A DNA stretch of 64,000 nucleotides from Dehalococcoidia bacterium (lineage in GTDB: Bacteria; Chloroflexota; Dehalococcoidia; UBA2979): the NCBI GenBank assembly GCA_965219085.1, contig OZ244720.1:1440001-1504000 (forward strand). Reading direction: 5' to 3'. The position numbers and the translations under genes were made by a program. Positions 57,750 through 64,000 of this stretch are shown here, piece after piece (position 1 is the first letter of the stretch; every line of letters begins with the position of its first letter). Under the pieces are notes generated by a model that had not been told where the DNA came from, ran no database searches, and saw nothing but the letters and a program-made list of their open reading frames with translations.

Positions 57750-58301
57750 ATGTCCGAGTACCAACCTACGTTTGATGAACGGAAGTTCAGGAACCTTGTG
57801 CTGTACATTGGGCAGCGCGCATGGGATGACCCAACGCTGGGTAAGACGCGCCTCTACAAGACGCTGTGGCTGAGCGACTTCCTGGCATATGCGCGCTTGG
57901 GGCGCTCGATCACTGGTGCCGACTACGTGCACATGCCGCAAGGCCCCGGCCCCGACAACGCTGAGCATCTATTGCAGCAGATGCTCGAGAACGGTGAGTT
58001 GCTACTTCGTTCCGAACCCAGGTTCGCTTACTCGATCCAGCGACCTCTCGCGCTACGAGAGCCTGAACTCGACGAAGTATTTGCGCCCTCAGAGATAGCT
58101 ATCGTCGAGGAAGTGCTGCGTCAGTTCGACGGACAACGAGCGGTGGACACTAGTGACTGGTCGCACGAGAACAGCGTCGGGTGGCGGCTCACAGACGACG
58201 GCGAGCGCATCCCTTACGAGACAGTGTTCCTCTCCGCCGAGAGTCCGACCACGGACGACGAGCGATGGGCAAAGGATGTGCTGAGGACCAGGAGTGGCTG
58301 A
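57750..58301 (+). CDS. Panacea/SocA (DUF4065)-like antitoxin
   Basis: KTRLYKTLWLSDF..GRSITGADY..QGP..SH..W..IPY; lower GC than flanks. Confidence 0.82.
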   Translation: MSEYQPTFDERKFRNLVLYIGQRAWDDPTLGKTRLYKTLWLSDFLAYARLGRSITGADYVHMPQGPGPDNAEHLLQQMLENGELLLRSEPRFAYSIQRPLALREPELDEVFAPSEIAIVEEVLRQFDGQRAVDTSDWSHENSVGWRLTDDGERIPYETVFLSAESPTTDDERWAKDVLRTRSG

Positions 58302-58563
58302 CGGCCCGCCAGTCCAGATCCTGCGCTCGGACGACTTCTTGGCAGACTGCCGCTCTCTTGGTGTCCCGGAGCACGCGATCAGCGGGATCGTGCGGGCCGT
58401 GATGTTTACGTTTGAGAGGGATCCTTCGCTGCAGAGCAGGCAGTGGGGGTCGCTGCTCATTGCCACCCTCACGCGGGGAGACGGTTCGCGGATTCAGCGC
58501 CCGCGCGTGGCGTGGGTGCGCCTCGGCGACGATGTGCGACTCGACGGCATCAGCGAGAGCTGA
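58294..58563 (+). CDS. Hypothetical 89-aa protein, candidate toxin of the Panacea gene
   Basis: Overlaps the Panacea stop; AGGAG upstream; size and predicted helix/strand pattern loosely RelE-like. Confidence 0.55.
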   Translation: MADGPPVQILRSDDFLADCRSLGVPEHAISGIVRAVMFTFERDPSLQSRQWGSLLIATLTRGDGSRIQRPRVAWVRLGDDVRLDGISES

Positions 58564-58578
58564 CTGCATCTACCGCTG

Positions 58579-58618
58579 GAACATCTGTTTGACAGGCGTG
58601 GTACGCATGTTCTACCAT
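58579..58618 (+). promoter_or_regulatory. Promoter overlapped by two LexA-like boxes
   Basis: TTGACA 58589, TACCAT 58613; GAAC-N4-GTTT 58579-58590 and GTAC-N4-GTTC 58601-58612. Confidence 0.6.
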
Positions 58619-58840
58619 CGGCCCGATGCGCCGGTGATGGTGGAGGTGATGCGGCACGGCGATTGCGCTTGATCAACGGTCGTGACTAGCCTGTGTGGGC
58701 AACCGAGCGGGCTTGTCTACAGCGCTGCCGCTCCCTGTGGCGGTGTGTGTAAGGCCTCGTTGACAACGTATGAGCCGCCCAGCCGCGCGACCGCCAATAT
58801 CACTGGCGTCCCGGCTCCGGCACGGCGAGAGGGTTTCGGC

Positions 58841-59500
58841 GTGAAGGTCGTGTTCCTGGAGACCGTTGAGGGGTCCGGCACCCGTGGCGAGGTGAAAACC
58901 GTTGCCGCGGGCTATGCCCGGAACTTCCTGTTGCCGCGCGGCCTTGCCGCTCCGGCTACGCCCATCCTGCTCCAGCGGGCGGAATCGCTCGCACAGGAGG
59001 AGGAGGAGCGTCAGCGGCTCCTGGACGAGCAGGCTCAAGAGCTTGTCGGCAAGCTCGAAGGCCAACGGCTCGTGCTTCCTGTACGCGTCGGTGAGCAGGG
59101 ACGTCTGTACGGTTCCGTCACGAATGGTGACATCGCCGAGAAGGCTGGGGAGATTCTCGGCGAGGAACTGGACAGGCGTCGCATCCTGCTACCTGAGACG
59201 ATTCGCCAGGTCGGGGTCTACACCGTTCCGGTTCGGCTGTCACGTAATGTGACCGTCGAGCTGGAGGTGATCGTGGTCGACGTCGAGGCGCCGGAAGGCG
59301 TTGACGCCGCAGCCGAAGCTCTCGTGGCGCTTGCGCTCGCGGAAGACGAGGAACCGATCGCCGAGGCGGTGGACGACCCGGACGCGGCATTCGCTGAAGT
59401 CGCGCCGGAGCCGGGTAACGAATCCTCCGAGGAATCCTCCGGCTCCGTGGCTGTGGCAACTGACCCTGCGGGCGAGCCCGAGGAGTCCCCGGCCCCGTAG
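58841..59500 (+). CDS. rplI: 50S ribosomal protein L9 with acidic tail
   Basis: KVVFLE..GYARNFLLPRG..GRLYGSVT. Confidence 0.95.
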   Translation: MKVVFLETVEGSGTRGEVKTVAAGYARNFLLPRGLAAPATPILLQRAESLAQEEEERQRLLDEQAQELVGKLEGQRLVLPVRVGEQGRLYGSVTNGDIAEKAGEILGEELDRRRILLPETIRQVGVYTVPVRLSRNVTVELEVIVVDVEAPEGVDAAAEALVALALAEDEEPIAEAVDDPDAAFAEVAPEPGNESSEESSGSVAVATDPAGEPEESPAP

Positions 59501-59506
59501 CGTCTC

Positions 59507-60934
59507 GTGGTCAGCAGCCGGCCGGCGCAACTCCGGCCGGACACCCGGCCCCCGGTCGGCGGGCTGCCCCCGCATGACATCGCCGCCGAGGAGGCCGTGA
59601 TCGCGGCCCTCCTCCTCGACGAGGAAGCCTACCCTCGCGTCGTCCCGATCCTGCGGCCCGGGGACTTCTTCCGCGAGCAGAACCAGTGGTGCTTCGAGGC
59701 CTGCGTTGCCCTCGCCGACCGTGGCGAGACGATCACGCACCCCACCGTCACCCACGAGCTTGAGCGCGCCGCTCGCCTCGACGCGTCCGGTGGCGAACCC
59801 TACCTGTTCGAGCTCACCGGCAAGCACTTCACCGCCGAGGGCGTCGAGGCCCACGCGCGCATCGTCGCGCGCGACTCGCTGTACCGGCGGATGATCGCCG
59901 TCGCGGGACAGATCGCGCAGGTCGCGTACGCGGGTGGTCCGGACGCCAGCGCCGTGCTCGCCCAGGCCGAGGCGCTGCTGCTCACGATCCGCTCCTCTGA
60001 GTCCGCCGGCGACTTCCGCGCGCTGCGCGACCTGCTCGACGAGTTCCTCGAAGACCCCGGCGAGGCGGTCGAGGGCGTGCTCGTCAGCGCCGTGCGCACC
60101 GGCTTCATGGACCTCGACGCGCTGCTCGGCGGCTTCAAGCGCGGCGACCTCGTGATCGTGGCGGCGCGCACCGGCGTCGGGAAATCGTCGCTGCTGCTCA
60201 ACTTCGCGCGCAACGCGGCGGTCGGCCAGCACGGCACGGTCGCGTTCTTCGCCCTCGAGATGTCCGCCGACCAACTCGCGATGCGGCTGCTGTCCGCCGA
60301 GGCGGATGTCGACGCGACACGGCTGCGGCTCGGCACGCACAACGAGGACGAGGAGTCGCGCATCATGCACGCCATCGGCGCGCTCGGCGAGGCCGGCGTC
60401 TACATCGACGACTCGGCGGTGCTGAGCGTGCCGGAGATCCGCGCGAAGTGCCGGCGCTTGCAGGCCGAGCACGGCCTCGACCTCGTCGTTGTCGACTACC
60501 TGCAGTTGCTGCACTCGGCGTCACTCGGCGGTGAGAACCGCGCGTCCGAGCTGGGCAAGATCACGCGCGCGCTGAAGGAGACGGCGCGCGAGCTCGATGT
60601 GCCCGTGATCGCCGCCGCACAGCTCTCGCGCGCGGTCGAGGCGCGCACGCCGCACATCCCGATGCTGTCCGACCTGCGCGAGTCCGGCTCGATCGAGCAG
60701 GACGCCGACGTGGTGATGTTCATCTACCGCGAGGATGTCTACCGCACCCCCGAGGAGTGGCAGGACGAGCACCCCGACGACCCCGGCGGCCAGCACCCGA
60801 CGGGCCTCGCGCAACTGATGGTGGCCAAGCATCGCAACGGCCCGACGGGCACCGTGACCGTGCGCTTCCGCGACCGCACGGCGTCCTTCCAGGACCTCGT
60901 GCTGCGCGAGCCGCCGCCCGGGTTCGACGAGTGA
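59507..60934 (+). CDS. dnaB: Replicative DNA helicase
   Basis: PPHDIAAE, AARTGVGKS, VDYLQL, QLSR, SDLRESGSIEQDAD, KHRNGPTG. Confidence 0.96.
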   Translation: MVSSRPAQLRPDTRPPVGGLPPHDIAAEEAVIAALLLDEEAYPRVVPILRPGDFFREQNQWCFEACVALADRGETITHPTVTHELERAARLDASGGEPYLFELTGKHFTAEGVEAHARIVARDSLYRRMIAVAGQIAQVAYAGGPDASAVLAQAEALLLTIRSSESAGDFRALRDLLDEFLEDPGEAVEGVLVSAVRTGFMDLDALLGGFKRGDLVIVAARTGVGKSSLLLNFARNAAVGQHGTVAFFALEMSADQLAMRLLSAEADVDATRLRLGTHNEDEESRIMHAIGALGEAGVYIDDSAVLSVPEIRAKCRRLQAEHGLDLVVVDYLQLLHSASLGGENRASELGKITRALKETARELDVPVIAAAQLSRAVEARTPHIPMLSDLRESGSIEQDADVVMFIYREDVYRTPEEWQDEHPDDPGGQHPTGLAQLMVAKHRNGPTGTVTVRFRDRTASFQDLVLREPPPGFDE

Positions 60935-61689
60935 CCTCCGAACGCCCACGCGAGGGGCGCCCGATCGAAGGCCCGCCGTTCGAGGGGTTCGTCGCGGGGG
61001 GCGCGGCGACCACGCTGCCCTCGCAGTTCTTCGTCGAGCTGCTGCCGCGCATCGACGACGAGGCGGAGCTGCGCGTCACGCTCTACGTGCTCTACGCGAT
61101 CGGGCGCAGCCGGGGCCCGCTGCGCGCCGTCCGCGCCTCGCAACTCGCGACTGAGGAGCCGCTGCGGCACACCCTCGCAGGCTGCGGGGGCGACTCTGCG
61201 CTCGCGCAGGCCATCGCGCGCGCCGCCGCACACGGGAGCCTGCTCACGCTCGCGCTCGAAGACGGCGACACGCTGTGCTTCGTGAACAACGAGGCCGGAC
61301 GCCGCAGCCTCGACCGCGTGCGGTCGGGCGCGACGCCGCTGCCCGGCGGCGCGCGGCTGGCCGCGCCGCACGGGGAGCCCGGCGGCGTTGGGCTCCGCGA
61401 GCCGGCACGGGTGTACGAGCAGGAGATCGGGTTACTCACGCCCTCGACCTCCGAGGCGCTGGCCGAGGCCTGCGAGCGCTACCCGGAGGACTGGGTGACG
61501 GACGCGCTGCGAGAAGCAGCGCGCAACAACGCCCGCTCGTGGGCATACGTGGAGGCGATCCTTCGCCGCTGGGATCGCGAGGGTAAGGACGATGGAACCA
61601 GGAGTACGCGGGATGCGTCCGCTCAAGGAGCTGCTGCTCGCGCAGCGCGCGATCACGGCCCGTACGAACGCGTCATCCGCCGCAGCTAG
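60931..61689 (+). CDS. DnaD domain protein
   Basis: YEQEIGLLTP..EAARNNARSWAYVEAILRRW. Confidence 0.85.
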   Translation: MTSERPREGRPIEGPPFEGFVAGGAATTLPSQFFVELLPRIDDEAELRVTLYVLYAIGRSRGPLRAVRASQLATEEPLRHTLAGCGGDSALAQAIARAAAHGSLLTLALEDGDTLCFVNNEAGRRSLDRVRSGATPLPGGARLAAPHGEPGGVGLREPARVYEQEIGLLTPSTSEALAEACERYPEDWVTDALREAARNNARSWAYVEAILRRWDREGKDDGTRSTRDASAQGAAARAARDHGPYERVIRRS

Positions 61690-62965
61690 CGTCCCGGCCG
61701 CCTCGCGCGAGCCGGTGTGCGCCGAGTGCGGGGGCGCGCGCTTCGTGCGTGTGACCGCGGCCATCGACGACCCCAACTTCGGTCGCGCCGTGCCGTGCAG
61801 TTGCGCGCGCGCGGAGGACGAGGCGGAGCGGCGCGCGCGCCTGCTTCGCTACTCACGGCTCGGCGCCCTCGAACGCTTCACGTTCGAGACCCTGCTGCCG
61901 CAGGGCCGGTCGAGCGACGCGCGGGCGCGCGAGCGCTACGCCGTCGCCGTCGAGGCGGCGCGACGCTTTGCCGAGCAGCCCGAGGGCTGGCTGGTGCTCA
62001 GTGGCGTGCCCGGCTGTGGCAAGACCCACCTCGCAGCCGCCATCGTCAACCGCGCGATCGAGCGCGGCAGCCCCGCGCTCTTCTTCACCGTCGCGGACCT
62101 GCTCGACCGCCTGCGCGCCTCCTACGACGACGACGCGGAGTTCGCCTACGACCGCCTCAGCGAGCACCTGCGAGCCGCGCCGCTGCTCGTGCTCGACGAC
62201 CTCGACGGCTACTCGGAGACGGCGTGGGCGCGTGAGAAGTTCGTACAGCTCGTCTCGCACCGCTTCCACGCCGCACTGCCGACGGTCTTTACCTCGATCA
62301 CCGCGCCGGAGGATGTCGACGGTCGCCTCGGCGCGAGGCTCAGCGACCCGTCACTCGTGCAGCAGTTCGTGCTGGAGGAGCCGCCGCGGCAGCACTTCAC
62401 CGCGGTAGGCGGGATGACACCGGATCGCCTCCCGGCATTCAGCTTCGAGGCGTTCCGCCCAGGCGGCCACGGCCTCCGGGGCGAAGCGAGGCGCAACCTC
62501 GAGGCGGCGTTCCGTCTCGCCCGCAGGTGGGCCGACCAGCCCGCAGGTTGGCTCGTGCTGCTCGGCGCGAACGGCACCGGCAAGACCCACCTCGCCGCGG
62601 CCATCGCCTCCCACCGCGTCGAGGCGGGTGACCGCGTCGCCTTCGCGACGGTGCCCGACCTCCTCGACGAGTTGCGCGCGACGTTCGACCCAGAGTCGGG
62701 CGAACGCTTCGACACCGTGTTCGGCCGCCTCCGCGACGTGGACCTGCTGATCCTCGACGACCTCGGCGCGCACCAGTCCAGCGGGTGGGCGCAGGAGAAG
62801 CTGTACCAGCTGCTCAACTACCGCCACCTCGGCCGGTGCCCGACCGTCGTCACGAGCGACCTCGAGCTCACGAAGCTGGAGCCGCGCATCGCCTCGCGGC
62901 TGGGCGACCTACAGGTGGCGACGGTCTACGAGTTGCGCGTGCCCGACTACCGCATGGGGTCATAA
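61613..62965 (+). CDS. DnaC/IstB-like ATPase with Zn finger and two AAA+ domains
   Basis: CAECGG..PCSC; GVPGCGKTHLA/LDDL and GANGTGKTHLA/LDDLG. Confidence 0.88.
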   Translation: MRPLKELLLAQRAITARTNASSAAASVPAASREPVCAECGGARFVRVTAAIDDPNFGRAVPCSCARAEDEAERRARLLRYSRLGALERFTFETLLPQGRSSDARARERYAVAVEAARRFAEQPEGWLVLSGVPGCGKTHLAAAIVNRAIERGSPALFFTVADLLDRLRASYDDDAEFAYDRLSEHLRAAPLLVLDDLDGYSETAWAREKFVQLVSHRFHAALPTVFTSITAPEDVDGRLGARLSDPSLVQQFVLEEPPRQHFTAVGGMTPDRLPAFSFEAFRPGGHGLRGEARRNLEAAFRLARRWADQPAGWLVLLGANGTGKTHLAAAIASHRVEAGDRVAFATVPDLLDELRATFDPESGERFDTVFGRLRDVDLLILDDLGAHQSSGWAQEKLYQLLNYRHLGRCPTVVTSDLELTKLEPRIASRLGDLQVATVYELRVPDYRMGS

Positions 62966-63034
62966 GTAACATAATCGCGCAACTGTGCTACAGTCGCGAA
63001 GCACCCGCTCCCGGGAAGGTGACGACGGAAACTC

Positions 63035-63349
63035 GTGGCGATGGCATCAGACACCCTCAGTATCTCCAAGGAGCTGCGCGCGGCGGGCTTCAGCGAAGAG
63101 CAGGCAGACACGCTCGCGACGCAGATTGCTGCGCAGCCGGATGAGCTCGTGACCAGGCAAGACCTGGCGATCGCCGTCGCGGGTCTGGATCGGAAGATTG
63201 ACCAAGTCGATGCCAAGATCGATCAGGTCGATCAGAAGGTCGATGGCATCGCCCGCGAGCTGCTCTTGAAACTTGGGGCGATGATGGTCGCCGGCTTCAG
63301 CCTCACACTCACCGCAGTTGGCATCGCGGTTGTGGTGCTCGCCAGCTAG
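63035..63349 (+). CDS. DUF1640-like coiled-coil plus TM protein
   Basis: DTLSISKELRAAGFSEEQA..LVTRQDL..heptad repeats..C-terminal TM. Confidence 0.75.
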   Translation: MAMASDTLSISKELRAAGFSEEQADTLATQIAAQPDELVTRQDLAIAVAGLDRKIDQVDAKIDQVDQKVDGIARELLLKLGAMMVAGFSLTLTAVGIAVVVLAS

Positions 63350-63376
63350 CTCGGGTAGTCGCGCGGACCACGCCTC

Positions 63377-63559
63377 GTGCTGCCTGATCCGATGACGAAG
63401 CGAGACCTCTCGGCCGCCACTCAGCGGATCGACGAGTCGGTCGACCGGGTGGTTCGAAAGCTGCTCGTAGGCCTCGGGGCCATCATGGTCGTGGGCTTCA
63501 GCCTCACGTTGTTGGCCCTCGCCATCGGCACCTGGATCATCATCGCGCAGGTGAAGTAG
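63377..63559 (+). CDS. Short paralogue of the preceding DUF1640-like protein
   Basis: TKRDL..LGAIMVVGFSLTL versus LGAMMVAGFSLTL. Confidence 0.6.
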   Translation: MLPDPMTKRDLSAATQRIDESVDRVVRKLLVGLGAIMVVGFSLTLLALAIGTWIIIAQVK

Positions 63560-63580
63560 TGCGCGATGAAGACCGACGCG

Positions 63581-64000
63581 TTACGCGCCGGCGAGGTGCT
63601 CCGCTCCCGCGGGCCGAGGACTCACGCCCTCCTGCCACATCGAGCCATCCGTACCGTGTTCGCGCTTCCACACCGGCACCGTCTCCTTGATGCGGTCGAC
63701 GGCGCGCAGGGCGGCCTCGAACGCGTCGCCGCGGTGCGCGGCGGCGACAGCGACGAGCAGCGACACGTCGCCGATCTCCAGCATCCCGATGCGGTGATGC
63801 GCGGCGATCTGGTGCACCTCGCGGTCCGCGAACTCGGCGAGCACCGCGTCGCCGACGTCGGCCATCTGCCGCTCCGCCATCGGCGCGTACGCCTCGTACT
63901 CGAGCCTCGCGACGCCGCGGCCCTCGTGGTGGTTGCGCACCACCCCCTCGAACAGCACGACCGCGCCGCTGGCGTCGGTGGCCACGAGGTCGCGCAACGC
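63581..64000 (-). CDS. moaE: Molybdopterin synthase catalytic subunit, 5' end outside window
   Basis: GAVVLFEGVVRN, LEYEAY, HRIG, HRGDAF, KETVPVWKRE. Confidence 0.93.
   Translation of the reverse strand, partial: ALRDLVATDASGAVVLFEGVVRNHHEGRGVARLEYEAYAPMAERQMADVGDAVLAEFADREVHQIAAHHRIGMLEIGDVSLLVAVAAAHRGDAFEAALRAVDRIKETVPVWKREHGTDGSMWQEGVSPRPAGAEHLAGA

Noticed and set aside
61613-62965. IS21 element (IstB)
   Set aside because: No IstA transposase or terminal inverted repeats; the gene sits in the rplI-dnaB-dnaD operon

Overview
A high-GC bacterial chromosome segment spanning the replication origin. The dnaA-obgE-nadD order near gyrB and the rplI-dnaB-dnaD-tandem-dnaC block suggest Chloroflexota, class Dehalococcoidia (inference from gene order). 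Core content: pepA, coaBC/coaX, dnaA with DnaA boxes and a DnaA-trio-like element, obgE, nadD, gyrB, ychF, xdhC, tatA, murT-gatD, an M23/LysM lipoprotein, lgt, folPK, purF/M/H/Q/L and rpsU. There is also a ~9 kb ubiquitin-like sulfur-relay cluster (ThrC-like PLP enzyme, NIL protein, three Ubl domains, a Ubl-E1 fusion, CysK, CysM, rhodanese, JAB) and a split b6-type Rieske/cytochrome b operon ending in a cytochrome c-cupredoxin fusion. Three patterns are not explained by the gene list. (1) A 15-bp palindrome, GCGGGG-ATA-CCCCGC, occurs about 19 times: as an 11 x 25-bp spacer-less array inside the sulfur operon, and in frame inside murT, folP and a hypothetical gene in different frames and orientations. 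(2) Single-gene cargo inserts are flanked by duplications of the 3' end of the upstream gene (about 67 bp at cysM, 20 bp at the 7TM-HD gene, weaker cases elsewhere), with no integrase in view. (3) Several toxin-antitoxin modules have a broken toxin and an intact antitoxin. I recognised no rRNA, tRNA, CRISPR-Cas or transposase. All family calls come from motifs read by eye; no searches were run.
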